Counted from the stretch's first letter, positions 1 to 15,922 are shown. The stretch is 64,000 nt of DNA from the human T2T-CHM13v2.0 reference genome, Homo sapiens (GCF_009914755.1 NC_060933.1); one strand, 5' to 3'. Translations and numbers: made by a program. The notes: a model not told the origin generated them from the letters alone.

Positions 1-1859
1 TGACCGGGCAAGACTCCATCTCAAAAATAATAATAATTTTAATTTTTGTGCATACACAGTAGATGTATATATTTATGGGGTATATGAGATGTTCTGATAC
101 AAGCATGCAATGTGTAATAATCACATCATGTAAAACAGAGTATCTAGCTCTTTATAACCGAGGTTTTTAATGTAGATTTTGAACATTCACTGTGCATTGT
201 TTGATGTGGCAGAGCTAGCATCTGTAGATGTATCTACTTGAAATACACGTTGGAGGTAGGACAGAGTAGTCTATGACAAGTTTTAAAGCACTGTCATTTA
301 AATTGGAAAACCTGGCATGTGTCTGGTGTTTAATACAGACAGATGGGCATTTCCTGTAAAAGAAGGCAGTTACCATCGTAATTTGAGAGGTCAGAGAGAA
401 GCAATTAGAAATCTCACTTTAGCAACATAAAACGTAAAAGCATCTGTTTAATGAAATGTGATATTTGCAAGAGTTTAACATATTAAACCACTGATGTCCC
501 TGTGCAGCCTAATTTGAAGAATTCAACCCCTCACTCATAGATTAAAGATTTTAGTACTAGGGCTACTATCACTCTCTCCAAAACTACTCACTACTACAAC
601 ACTATTGTGGAATCACTCTTGCGGTAATTCTTTGTGAGGGGTATGTGTATATATGTATGTATGTATGTATAACAGATATATATAACTATGTGGATGTTCA
701 TTTCAAAATCCTTACTGTGTCTCAATTCCTTGACCTCCCTTCAAAGGATCTCGTACCCTCTGGTACCTCAATTATCCATTCTCATATGCATTCCTTACAC
801 TGTAATATTACTGGTAACTACAGGTCCTCCTCTAATTTAATTCAAGCCTCCACTCTCCAACCATCTCTTATCGTTCCAAGGTCATTGCATATAGTAACTA
901 AACACCAGACTTCGTCTCAAAAAAAAAAACAAAAAACAAAAACAAAAACAAAAAAGCAACTAAGAAGAAGAAGAAAGGGAATAAAAACCTCCAGGAAAAA
1001 TAGTCACAGCCCTAAAAAACGACGAAATCATGTCCTTTGCAGCAACATGGATGCAGCTGGAGGCCAATTATCGTAAACGAATTAGTGCAGGAACCAGAAT
1101 ACCAAATACCATGTGTTCTCACTTACCTTACCCCTAAAAGTTAGATGCCCTTCCTCCATACTCCCACAGTACCCTCTATATTTTTACGAGTCATTATATT
1201 CCTCTTTACTTTGTGAGCCCCTTAAAAGCAGAGACCGGGTCTGTTTTACTCACTGGTATGTCACTACAGTGCCAGGCTCATTGTTTGCATTCAGGTGGTT
1301 GTTGAATGAACAAACTCAAATGTAACTGCCTATTTACTTGTCTGTCTTTCCTCAACAGGCTGTATGTTCCTTGGTGGATGGATCTGTGGTTTATTAAGCT
1401 TTGTTTCTTTTAGCATTTAGCACTCAGCATGAAGACCTAGCACACAGAAGTTTATTGAATAAATTAAATTTGTCAGGATTAATAATTAATCTTTAAAATA
1501 CAGTATATAGCATTGAAGAATATATAGAAAGTATTCTCAAGATACAGAGAGACATGGGTTGCTCAGGATTATTCCTTTGTGTTTCACTTATAGGAAAGAT
1601 CTCATACTACAGACTACAAATGCCAAATGACCTACTGTGCTCATACCACCCTTAACCTAGAAATAAAATAGAAACAATTCCTAAAGAAACAGTCTTAAAA
1701 ATAACCAGCTAAAATTTTATCAACAACAACAAAAAAGTAGTTGGGGTTTCTGCTCATTAAATTAGTTTGTATGGGTAAGCACCACCTAAGTTTCTTGATT
1801 CATGGCATGTGTTCTTAAACCAATTTACTATCCACTAAAAATAAATGGTGATCATTATA

Positions 1860-2540
1860 TAAAAAGCAGTTGTATTTCTTGACACTAGCAATGAACCATC
1901 TGAAAATGAAATTAAGAACACAATTCCACTTACAGTAGCATCAAAAAGAATAAAATATTTAGAAATAAATTAAACCAAAGAAGTGTAAGACATGTACACT
2001 GAAAACTAAAAAACACAGTTAAAAGAATGGAAAGATAGCCTATGTTCATGGATTGGAAGACTGAATATTGCTCAGATGGCAGTACTCCCCAAATTGATCT
2101 ACAGATTCAATGCAATTCCTATCAAAATTCCATCTTCCTCTTTGTAGAAATGGACAACTGGTCCTAAAATTCATATGGAAACTTAAGGGACCCCAAATAA
2201 TGAACAAATGTTGGAAAAGAAGAACAAAGTTCATGGGTTCACACTTTGACTTCAAAATTTACTACATAATCAAGACAGTGTGGTATGGTCTGTCATAGGA
2301 CAGACATATAGACCAGTGGAATAAAATTGAGTCCAGAAATAAACCTGTGTGGTCAATTGGTTTTCAACAAATGTATGAAGACAATTTAATGAGGAAAGAA
2401 TAGTTTTTTTCAACAAATTGTATTGACACAACTGGATATCTGCATGCAAAATAATGAAGTTGGACCCTTAACTCATACCATGTACAAAAACTAATTCAAA
2501 ATTGATCAGAGACCCAAATGTAAGACTTAAAACTGTAAAG
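1860..2540 (+). mobile_element. Old L1M ORF2 3' fragment
   Basis: Similar to L1 ORF2 (tgttcatggattggaagactgaatattg; LKFIWK-like peptide). Confidence 0.8.
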
Positions 2541-5306
2541 TGCTCTTCTCCTTCCATCAAAGCTGGTTGGATGTGATTTCCGTGTTCAGATACAATTTAT
2601 GATACTTGCTTCTTTTGAGCATGCATACATTAGAAGAGCATTTTTTGATCAGTATGTTTACATGTAGTTCTTACAGCTTTATATATATGTGAGCTCAGAA
2701 ACATATTTCCATCTGAAAAAGCACCCCTAATTTTCTGTCTCCTTACCCTGCTTTACTCTCTCCATAAGTAATGTCACTGGACTGTAAGTTCCTTGAGGGA
2801 TAGGGCTTTTAGTTTTCAACTCTATCAGCAAAAATATAAAGGTTGATAGAAAATATAAAGCAGGAAAATGCCTATAAATTAAAAGCCTGTAGAAATTTCC
2901 ATCTTTACATTTTAGCATTTACATATAGATGCCATTTTTTTATATTTTCAGGAAATAAATAACTTTAGCTACCAGCCCACCCTTTGGAAGAGGTACAGAT
3001 TATTTCCCATATAAGAACTAAACCCCACGGTACTGGCCCATGTCTTGAAGGGTGAAGGGCCAACTAAACTCACATAATCAAATGCTTAAACCTAGCTTCC
3101 TTTCTCATGGGAGATACTGAATTTTGTAATAAACCTTACTAAGAATACCTCATACCACTTAAGGTAACTCAGGAAAACTGTATGTTAGTATTCTTCTTTT
3201 CTGATTTATTTGTTCACAATCCACTAGAATACTTATGATTGTAGGTTCCATTACCCTTAAAGTCTTGACCTTCTCTTTCCTTGGCTGCTCAGGTCATAGG
3301 TGCTGTGATCTAGAGACAAAATGTTCCTTACACTGGCAGATACTTGCAAACTAAGGGGAATGAGCTTCCTTCTGAATGTTTATGAAGGAGAGGCCACTGT
3401 GGTAATGTTAAAATTAATACACTTGTTGTATTTAGGAGCTAAAAGTCTCAGATGCTAAATGAGGACTGATTTGCTTTTTATTTGATCATATACCTATACA
3501 TGTGCAAAAAAAATTAACTACTTGTTTTATAGTTTCTTTGGGGAAAAATAGTTTAAAATTCTTATCAGTTTTAAGAAAAGTTATTTTCCAGCCATAGTTC
3601 AATAGCTCACAAATGTAACTGTTACTAAAAAAATAAGTAATAAATAGCCAAAAACTGGTGGCCAAAGATCCAGTAAAAAACATCCTCTTTCACTCATAAA
3701 TCAACGAAATAGTCATGAAGCACTTCTATGCCTATAAAAATAGATTCAGCAAGTCTTTAAAATATTTTTGCTAGAATTCACATTAATCTTCCCAGAGAAT
3801 ACTCTTATTTATACTGTTGAAACATACATAACTAAAATTGGGAATTTGTTTAGAAGATATATATAACTAAAACTGAGAATTTGTTTAGAAGATGTCTTAT
3901 GATTTGCATATATGTAAAATAAACAACCATGTGTTCCAAACAGTTATCCCATTTTGACATCCAACTGTATGGAAAACTTACTTATAATTTAATCTTAAAC
4001 ATATATGATGCTTCAATTTTCAAAGTGCTTTCATTTGATAAAGCATTTATTTGATAAAGCAAGGGTATGTAACAAAAATATTCACTATGTAACAAAAATA
4101 GTAATTTCCCTAATTTGTGTTTCATTTGAAAAATATGATTTTGATATTAAATGCAGGGTAGTGATTCATAAATAGTTTTTTAAAGGCTGTTTGGTTTAGA
4201 AAATGTCATTTAATGTACTCTATTAATAAAATTACAGGCTGTGTCATTCTAGTCATGTCTAACAGCTGGTGACACCTGGAGCTAGCCAGGAAAATGTCTA
4301 GTGAAACAGATGGGCTTAGCCCCAGGCCTTGAATGGAACAATTCAGATGCTGTCCAACCCTCCCAGGTGATGGGAATTTCAAAAGGAGATTAACTCCTCA
4401 GTATTAAAATACCTTGCCCTGTTCCCATTATTCCCATCTAGAAAAAGCATGCTAGAAAGTAACAACAAAACTTTGACTTTAATAGTTATAAATTATTATG
4501 AAAATTATCAGTTAGTTGAACTCGGATAACTCCTCACTCCTTTTCATTCCTAGAGGATAGACAGTGAAGTGCAACTACAGCCCGCAAATGAAAATGAATA
4601 ATATTAATCCAGCCCCTCAAGGCAGGCGAGTAGCTGCTGGTTTGTAATCTTGAATTAAAGTTTTTTTATACACAGGTTTTTCGGTAGACAAATTCAGGGA
4701 CATTTTAGCAGAGGAAAAAAAATAAGCAAAATAGTCGAGATATCATTGTTTTACAAAAATAAATCCCATTTTGCCTACAGCAATTTTTTTGTTTGTTTTG
4801 GTATATCATTCATGGTTCTTCAAAGGTAAAATCACTTAAGTCCTAACTGCTTTCCTTCAGTGTATGTTGTTAGGCCATTGGAATTTACCACAAACTGCTA
4901 TTTCTTGTAATTCTCTATCGAATGGCTCCACAATTTCTATTCAAATTCGATCTAGGATGGCTTCTTTTCATAATATCCTGAGTGAATAGTAAACATAGGA
5001 AAAGGAACCAGTATAAAAATATACCAGTATGAAAAATAAAAACCAGTATAAAAAAGTTATTTTTTAATGGCAAAGTCAGTACTAACCAAGAGTATTCTTT
5101 AGTGTTTAGAGATAGCCAAAGGTTGAATTTAAGTTTCAGTCCTTATGCCAGAGAAATATATTCTCTCAAAATATTTTTTGAAAATCCTCTGCTTGTCTAT
5201 GGAATGCTTTCAAATAAACCTCTTTCCCCCGTCTCCCTCCCACTCCAGTCATCTGTCTTAGAGCTATTGGAATCCTGGATCATTGTGGGAAATGAAAGGT
5301 AAGTAA

Positions 5307-5675
<369 letters not shown>

Positions 5676-5690
5676 GATCACATAACTTCT

Positions 5691-6178
5691 TTTTTTTTAA
5701 TTTAATTTTATTTTATTATTATTATACTTTAAGTTTTAGGGTACATGTGCACAATGTGCAGGTTAGTTACATATGTATACATGTGCCATGCTGGTGTGCT
5801 GCACCCATTAACTCGTCATTTAGCATTAGGTGTATCTCCTAATGCTATCCCTCCCCCCTCCCCCCACCCCACAACAGTCCCGAGTGTGATGTTCCCCTTC
5901 CTGTGTCCATGTGTTCTCATTGTTCAATTCCCACCTATGAGTGAGAACATGCAGTGTTTGGTTTTTGTCCTTGTGATAGTTTACTGAGAATGATGATTTC
6001 CAGCTTCATCCATGTCCCTACAAAGGACATGAACTCATCATTTTTTATGGCTGCATAGTATTCCATGGTGTATATGTGCCACATTTTCTTAATCCAGTCT
6101 ATCATTGTTGGACATTTGGGTTGGTTCCAAGTCTTTGCTATTGTGAATAGTGCCGCAATAAACATACGTGTGCATGCG
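5691..6178 (-). mobile_element. Short 5'-truncated young L1PA (PA2/PA3-like) 3' end
   Basis: Tail ccctaaaacttaaagtataataat. ORF2 C-terminal peptide (5935..6207). TSD tcacataacttct. Confidence 0.92.
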
Positions 6179-7801
6179 CTCACATAACTTCTAACAATAT
6201 TTACCACATTGGACTTGAAAAATTATACCTTGCTTTATATAAGTACTGTAGTAAGCTTGAAAACACAATAATACAGTATACAAATAAGGTTTTAAAATAA
6301 TTCCTTTTCTACTTTAGTTATATAATTATTAATAGATAGTTTTAAATTTCCAAGAATCATTAAGTATACATTTTTAAAAAATATTTAATTTTCTATTCTT
6401 TTCTGTTGTGAATGGTTTTGTTCCTTGGGCATATAGGGATCTTGCTCATTATAACAGACTATGAGATTGTTGTATTTTTCTCTTAAAGTACTGTAGATAA
6501 CTCAATAGAGCTGTGTGTTACAATTAACCAGTAGAACATAATATCTAAGTCTTATTCAATATATTTGGGTTCAAATTACACTGTTAGCATTTCAAATAGT
6601 GCCAATTCTGTTGACTCACTGCAGAAATTCCTAGAAGGAAATATAAAAACAGACAAATGAGAACTATGCAAAATATCAAAAGCCATCATTATAATATCAA
6701 CTTTTTCTGGGATTTCTTTTCATAATTTCCTTTGTTCTAATTACCTCCATGTTGGAGTCATGTTGGGGTCAACATGAAAGCCATTATAAAAATCAAACAC
6801 TATTCCAGTGTTTGATGCTTTCTTTGTATGCAGTACATTCCAAGGAATGGAAGGAATCACAGCAGTCAACCTTGGTGTAGGCAATAAGGGGTGCATTGTT
6901 TACAGATAATTTAAAAACAACAAAACCTATGAAAACTCAGCCTGCTTTTATCAGCAGCAATGACAGTGATAAAATACTTCTCCTTATCGGGCAGAGGCTC
7001 CCCAGTACCCTACCCTTGGTGTACTTCTGCCAACATAAGCTCAAAAGTACTACATGCCCAATGCTTTTGAGATGCTTATTGCAAATGGATCTCATTCTCA
7101 CCTTTATATTTTCAATTTCTGAAAATATAAATGTAGAAGAATATATTACCAGTGTTAATCAAGGCAGCCTATAATCTGTTACAACTTTAAATGTTTAAAA
7201 TATACATAATGAATTTTTTTAAAAAGTCCAGTGAAGTTGAGAGAGGAATTGTGGACATAAGTAACTTTCTACCTGAACTTTCAAATACTGATACCCCAGT
7301 GCTTTAAAGTCACGAGTAGGTGCCTAAGGAAATAAGTGAAAGATCAAAATATGTCATACTTGCATTTAATGTATGAGAATTTGTTTTGACCACAGAACCG
7401 AACTCCCACTAAGGATTTCACTCCCTGATAGTCATTCCAAAACTTAGTATAAGACTTTTATTTTTTTCTATATAAGGAATTTAGTCTCAAATAAGCATTC
7501 CTCACTTTACTGGCCTAGACTGAACAAGGCAATGGCTAGTGGCAATCTAGTCCACAATTAATGAAGATCATATTTTTGCTGACTCCTTGGACCCTGGGTT
7601 CATGAAGATATGAAGAATTGAGGCAACGACAAAAAAATACATTAACAAAAAGAAAGCAAACATTAAAGCACAAAAGCACCTTCATCAATGTTCTCACCAC
7701 CTGTGGTTCCCAACATAAAGAATTTTCCATTTCTGTTAGCTATAACACTCTAGAGTTAGGAAAGTAACTAGTACTTTACAAATATTTTTCCTTTCAAATG
7801 C

Positions 7802-7807
7802 TTTATT
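7802..7807 (-). terminator. Candidate distal polyadenylation signal AATAAA
   Basis: Plus-strand tttatt at 7802-7807. It is one of several candidates. Confidence 0.4.
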
Positions 7808-8244
7808 ACAGTTAAGAGGAAAAAAGAACATAATGAACGAAAAAAAGAAAACCACAAACATTTTATATACATGCAAAAAGGCAATAAAGTGACAAAATGT
7901 TTAGAAAAAGCATGTGAAAAAGTAAAATCATTATTAGTATATGTAAAAAAATAATTTTACTTGCCTTGGGTAGGTGTCTAATTTTTTTCTTTCCTTTGTG
8001 AGAACACCGACTAAACTAGAATGACCAGAGGTTCATTTCCAGAATATATTATTCACGACGTTATTTATATGTGTGTTTGCATATGTGGCATGAAATGTCA
8101 TATATATAAAGGATATATGTTTAACCAAAAGGAAGAAAAACACCATACCTTTGTTATTTAGAAATCAACTCACAATTGCATAGTCAAACCTAATCATTGT
8201 TGTTTTGATATAAATTTTCTTGCTTTATTAGTGAGTTGGCTTTG

Positions 8245-8827
8245 AGGAAATGTGTATTTCCACAGGTAAAACAAGTATGTGTTAATTTCTTGAGCAAGTA
8301 GGATTCCAGTATCAGAATACATTCTTAAATGAATTATTCCTAAATAACGCATAGCACATTACTTAATCTTATAAGGAACTTATTATTAGGATCTTCATTA
8401 ATAAATATTTATTTATAAATATTGCTGTGCTTGCTAAGGGCACTGACCTTTGGCCATTATATATATCTATATCTATGTATATATACAAGTGTATCTATAT
8501 ATACATTATAGCTATATAATGATATATCATGATATAAAATATGATATGAAATAATATAAAGTGAAATAATGTAAAATGTATAACCTATATCTATATACAA
8601 GTATATATATAATACTATATATATACAAGTGTTTATATACAAGTATATATAATGGTAAAAGGTCAGTGCCTTCAACAAAGCACAGCAATAATATATTTAA
8701 ATAAATATGTATTTATTAACAAAGATCCTAATTATAAGTTCCTTGTAAGATTATGTGCTATGCCTTAGTTAGAAATAATTAATTTACACATACTTGTTTT
8801 ACTTATGGAAATACAAACACATTTCCT
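8245..8827. repeat. Long imperfect inverted repeat (arms 8245-8466 and 8644-8827) with a TA-rich spacer
   Basis: Examples of pairing: gcactgaccttt / aaaggtcagtgc; aaggaacttat / ataagttcctt; gtaaaacaagtatgtg / cacatacttgttttac. Confidence 0.9.
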
Positions 8828-10686
8828 TATATACTTGTATATGTACAAGTGTATATACATATATATATATGAAATATATATAATAATGGCAAAAGGTCAG
8901 TGCATTTATACATATTTATAATGTGTATGTTTTACCTTTGGTTTGTATGATTTATATTTATATATAAATGTACATAAATTTATAAAAATGGAAGACTAGC
9001 TGGAAACCAGAATCTGACTTCAAACAGTTCCTGGTAAAAATAAAATTTCCCAGTTAAGTTTGTAAATTAGTTTTTTGAAATTTAGAAAATAGTATCTCAT
9101 TGGACCAATATTTATAAATTGTTTCATTCCCAGGTAAGTCCACAGAAATCTATTTAATTTAAATAAATTTTAGTACCATGCTTAAGAGATATTTTCCTTT
9201 TTATAAGTTTGTTTTGTTTTGGTTTGTTTCCTAAAGGAACTGGTTTTTAGCAAGGAGACCAAGAAACTCTACTCCCTAGGGGCTAGCAATGAGAGAAAGG
9301 AAGCCTTAAGTCTTTGAGCACAGGGTGACAGTTTGGGTCCTATGTGAGATGATCAAATCCACAGCAACAGAGGAAAGGACAAAAGGAAAAGGTCTGTAGC
9401 AGCACTACATCAGAAAAAAATGGATTCAGCAAGGAAGTGGGTGACTCTGAGTAAGCATCCATGTCAGGATGGTTTTGCTACAGCCCCCAACAAAACATTA
9501 ATTAGTTTAAGAAACTCAACTTCGGTTTACAAGTGTTTTGGAAAAGTAACAAAGAACAACATAAGTAACAAAATAATTCCTCAGGTCATTACAATGGATG
9601 TTTCCTATAACTGAAAAATATGGTTAAAAAGTACAAACTACATTTGGTGTGCAAACTGTTTAGTTCTTAATTCCAAACTAAATTGTACATTATATAGTAA
9701 AATTTTGACCAGAAAAACTTGGAGATTTTAGTAAAAATTTCATTGACATATTTACAGCCCCAGTGTAGTTTGGCCGGTGTGCAAAGCCTGACTAAGGAGG
9801 TTATAGAAAAAAATATCAGACTTAAGCCCATCAAATCATTAAAGATGCTTTGGCAAGACTTCAAGCTTTACAGACATACTCCATGTGACCAGAGATGTCA
9901 TAACCAGTGTTCTTTCTCTTGAAATGTTAGAATGCTTTAGTTTTATTCTATAATTTCCGTGTTCCATGGAACAGCATTCATTTCTCCCAGTTTTAGTAAC
10001 ATAATGAGAGATATATTGAGTGTATAGAGCAGGAAAGACATGAAAACTTATATTGCATAATATTAGCAAACATAAAAGATAGCATTATAAATTTTTAAAA
10101 ATCCAAAAAAATTCCAGAAACAGAACAGTGAGCATGTTTAAAAAGTCAGGACTGACCGTTTCTGTGAGTTCTGAGGACTGTAAATGAGCCTCAATCCATA
10201 AAGCTGAGAGGTTGTCTTAGCCCACATATGCAGCAGGTGACTCCCTCTGACAAAAGCAAGATTTAGCTGGATCTTTTAAAAAAAAAATATACTTGTATTT
10301 GAGAATAACAATAATATAGTTATATTGTAACATACTTTTATGATGTACATTTATATTATATAATAATACATACTTGATAGATATTTTAGTCTATTACTAG
10401 TTTTAATCTTCAAATATGCCTGGAAAAACATTTAAGCGTATTTATAAATATTTAAATGTTATCAAGTATTGGAAAACATGTTTGATTACTATGGGAATAT
10501 AAACTAAAACTCCCCAAATATATATAGAAGATGTACACATCTATAGCATATAAAAGAATTAGGGATTCCTTCCTCCCCTTCTTCCTTTATTCTGAGGAAA
10601 GAGGTAGTGAACTTGAGCTTTAGTTTTTAACAGGTTAGAAAAAGGAATCTTTTTACATATCTACTAAAAGTTCTATTATTCAATGT

Positions 10687-11171
10687 CTAAGTTTTTAAGT
10701 CCCTTGGTTTCCTAGATACTTCGATGGAATCAGCAGCCATTGATCCAATGCCAACTCCAAGACTGGAACGTCGCAATGATAGTTCCAAGGCGGAAATTTG
10801 ACGTAATTCTTTTCGACACAGTTTTACAGGTGTGACACCATGAAGTCGTCCCACATTTCCCACAACCTGAATTTGGGATGACAGTCGACTGTGAGATTTT
10901 GTAAACTGATTATCATCTGTTTCTGTTTTATTCTCATTACCTAACATATGCCCACTGGGGGGTGCTAAAGAACTATGAATTGGAGGTAATTCTGGGATAT
11001 CTTCCCAGAGCTTTTGAGGATTTGGCTGTGTTCTTAAGCTGCTTGCTGAACTGTCCATTTCTCTTTCTCTTCCACTTAATTTCATACTTTCAGGTCTGGA
11101 TGCCCATTTTAATTCTTCTGAAAGCATGCCTCCTCCTTCTGGCTTCAGGACTCCATCTCCAGCCTCTTGAT
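10687..11171 (-). CDS. KIF27: KIF27 last coding exon (YQEAGDGVLKPEGGGMLSEEL...SIEVSRKPRDLKT*)
   Basis: Acceptor tatttttag|AT and TAG stop at 10687-10689. C-terminus recognised as KIF27. The 12 exons total 2397 nt with no frameshift or premature stop. Confidence 0.95.
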
Positions 11172-11890
11172 CTAAAAATAATCCCCAAACCAAAAAATTA
11201 GATACTATTTCCTCAAAATTAGGTATTTTAATCAAAACATCTTAACATAAATACATTATTATCACCCAATATGCATAATGTTTTTCAACTTTTTTGTTAA
11301 ATGACTTATTTTAGATGAACAGATGTGTGAATATGAATATTTTTATTTCACTTACAGGCATCTTGCATGTGAATAACTCACAACTTTAATTCATGGAACA
11401 AATTGAGAAATAGTCTTTTGGGGGTTTGGTACTCCCTGGAAACATAAGAGTGCTTTGGGCACCTCTGGTGCCTTTCCATGCCTGCCTTCTCTGCTGTTCT
11501 TGCTACTAGTGAATTCTAAATCATGGCCAAGTGATGCCAGCACTGGATAATATTGGCTCTGCCCCATATCTCGAGGGAAAACTCTAGGACTTGGCATTAT
11601 ATGTGTGGGAATCTGGCCTTGGTTGGCACTCCCAGCATGATAGCGGGGTTCTCCTGTCTGAATGTACTCTGGGGTGTGCGCCACAATTTCTGTCATCGAA
11701 ATGGAGATGAGAGAATATGCCCTTGGTGGGGACACCCCACTGGAATTAGAGTGAAGAGATCAAAGCTAGAGGTTCTTAAATCAAAGAATATCTAATAGCA
11801 AAGACAAAAACTTGCTTAAGGGAAATGCATACAAGTACTAGACCTAATATGATGAAAAATGCCAACTTCAATATATTGATGCATGCTTAG

Positions 11891-12308
<418 letters not shown>

Positions 12309-12634
12309 CTATAATGTTAGTAATACTTGACCCAAGATTTAAAATTTGAAAAGTTTCATATAAAAATATAGATTTACAGCTTTTCTAGAAAAACTATAAG
12401 AGTTAACAGTTTCTGAATTGCAATAGCAGCTGGAACACCGTTGCCACTGACCATTTAGATGACTGCTGCAGTCCCCACTGCTCACTCTGGTTCAGGTAGG
12501 CATTCTAGTTTGTAACCCCTGGTTTAAAACATAACTGACTCTCTAGTTTTTAAAAATCTCTCAAAATCAAATAACCTGAACTAGCAAATGATCTAGATCC
12601 TCGTACATGGAACTCATACTAAGTTGACCACAGA

Positions 12635-12920
12635 CAGTGGCTCCCAAACTCTGCAGTACATCAGAGTCACTGGGAAGCTTTAAAAAATCCTGCTCCCTAG
12701 CTGGGTGCGGTGGTTTATGCCTGTAGCCCCAGCTACTTGAGAGGCTGAGGTGGGAGGATTGCTCAAGCACAGGAGTTTGAGGCTACAGTGAGCCATGAAT
12801 GTACCACTACCGGTAGCTCCAGCCTGGGCAACACAGCAAGACCCCAACTCTAAAAAAAAAATCCTGCTCCCCAGGTGACAGTATCTGGGGGAAGGAGTAA
12901 GGCATCTTATTTTCAAAAGA
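12635..12920 (+). mobile_element. MER5-type hAT MITE interrupted by an Alu monomer (~12698-12860)
   Basis: Starts cagtggctcccaaact. TSD aaaaaatcctgctccc flanks the monomer. Confidence 0.65.
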
Positions 12921-13356
12921 TCTTAAGGAAAGAGTCTCATTGTTGAGGCTCACTCCAAAGCCCACTTGGATTCTTCACAAGAAAGTTTCCCTCTTCCAGA
13001 ATTTTATAATTGAGGGAACCGACTAGGGAAAGATTAATTTGCCCAAGGTCAAACAACTAGTAAAAGAAGTAAGGATTCCAACCCAGATCTTTTGACTCTA
13101 TTATCCTTACATATAGTTTTATAGTGATTTAAATTGATACAAGGATAGGTTTAAATACAAGTAGAGAGAATGTAGGTTCATATAAAACTGATTTTATCCT
13201 CATGTTAGAAAACATATACACTGTAACAGAGGGAGGACCATCAAGTGACCAAGATATTTTAGTCAAAAGATGAATTTTTCTGCAATTTGAAAATGCCAAA
13301 AATATTCAAAGAAAATATAATTCTTGTAGGCAGTCTTCTATCAAAACCCACTGAAC

Positions 13357-13687
<331 letters not shown>

Positions 13688-14753
13688 CTAGGATACTGAT
13701 TATTAAGCATGTAAAACATTTTATGAAACTCAGAGTTTGATATAAATTGCTATATTTTATAATTCAAACAAACCTTGTTTCATGTCATTATATTAGAGTA
13801 GCATTATGAGACAGGATATAGTGTAAACTATATCCCCAATATAATTGCAACTGTATATTTTAAAGCATGGGCAAAATATGAAAAGAATTATGCTCAAATG
13901 TGGGTAGGATTATAACTGATTTGTTTTCTTCATTTTCAGATTTTTCTATAATGACTATACATTATTTTTATAGCCAAAAATAGAAGCATTTTAAATGTTT
14001 CTAGGTAGAATAGCAAATTAGCTGAAATAGTATCTCCAACGTTATTATCAAGACTAGACTCCTTGGGTAAACTGGTCAGAACAGTGTTGTTCTCATTTTA
14101 CACCTCTCCAAGATTAACTATGTTTTAGATTTGTCTGTTTGTTTGGTTAAAGAGCAGGATGAAGATCCAGATTTCTTAAACCTGTATACCACCATACTAC
14201 ATTGTCATTTTAAAGAAATGTCTAGTAGACTCGGTGGCATAAACATGGGCCATTTACAAACTAGATGTCTAATATCAGATACCTCAAATTTGACAGTAGA
14301 CTTTTTTTCAAAGCTAAAGTGGTCTTATGTTGACTATTTTGTTTCTTACTTGATACTTGTTTACTTTTTAATTTTTGGCAAGTAATGTTTCAAGTTAAAG
14401 TTTTAGCTATATATAGCAGACAGTATTTCAAGTAAATGAGTTACATCAGTAAACACCTCTGTATTACTATACTGAGAATCAGAAAGTGTAATCTCTTTGG
14501 CAGGATTCGTATGTTTGTATCACGTCTTTATCCTCAGGCAACTTTTATCTTGGAATACTGAACCAGCAGTCAGAAGATGAGGGACATTAGACTGTGTTAT
14601 AGTTACTGTTCTGTCCTTAAGTCACTTGCCTTCTCTAAGCGTCAGTTGCCTCATCTGAAAATGGAGTTAGCAGACCCCAGCCTATCCTGAGTTTGAGGGC
14701 TAAAGGGAATTATTCTTGAAAATGTCTATACATGATAAATGTCACAAATATAA

Positions 14754-15056
<303 letters not shown>

Positions 15057-15922
15057 AATTCTACTTCTATTACATTTTCAGCATATATCACTTCATTGCT
15101 CCTCCATATTATTTTTCACTGGTCTTCTTACATCTTGTGTGCCCATCTTTAAGTAGTTTTCTTTCCAGGTAAAAAATACATGTGTGCCTAAAAGATTTTA
15201 AAGTCAACTTTTCATAAACCATACTTAAATTATCGAAGTTATTAGAATTATTAGAAATTATCAGCTAATTCTTTTATAAAATGTAGACTTTATTATTTTA
15301 GAAATATTGATTCCTCTCTATTCAGCTATCTTAAAGAGGGTATATTTTAATCATAGGAATATATTACCTTCATAGTATTTTTTATTTTTGCAAAGTATAT
15401 TTTGTCATGTTATTTCATTTAGGAATGCACTAAATCTACATATCTACATATGATTATACAAGGAAACATCTTTGTCTCAAAAATAGGTTCTATTACATTT
15501 TTTAATTTCCAGGGTTCATGATATATAAAAATACCTGATTTATCTTAAAAATACAAACTTTTACTCTTACCTACCATACATCTTTTTTTGTGATAATCAG
15601 AAGGCTTAATTTACTATAAAATAGGAAAACAACAGCTATGTTAGATAATATAGTTAATTTAGGGATTAAATGAGATAAGGTCTACAAGCCCCTGGCACAT
15701 GGCAGACAATCAATAATTGATCATTTCCTTTGCATCTATAAATTTGTTCATTCACTTCTCATGTGGTTCTACTTTAGACAACGATTTTTGTTTACAGAGA
15801 CAAATAGAAGTATCTAATCCTAAATAACCCAGTCAATTGGTAAAGGCTACACTACAAAGCTGGCATGACTTCACCAAATGCTAGAGAAACAGTGTTAAGA
15901 GTGACAACACTAAAAGTCTTAC

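Larger units (their letters stand above)
7785..10686 (-). other. KIF27: Probable KIF27 3' UTR (long form); AT-rich and Alu-free
   Basis: Lies downstream of the stop. Minus-strand AATAAA candidates at about 10586, 9942, 8224 and 7802. The end position is inferred, not observed. Confidence 0.55.

Noticed and set aside
645-1076. 143-aa ORF with a Lys/Arg-rich stretch
   Set aside because: The basic run is a translated A-rich retroelement tail, the start is a (TATG)n tract and the end is an L1 fragment. No gene structure.
11172-11235. N-terminal extension of ORF 10687..11235
   Set aside because: Intronic read-through upstream of the clear acceptor at 11171.
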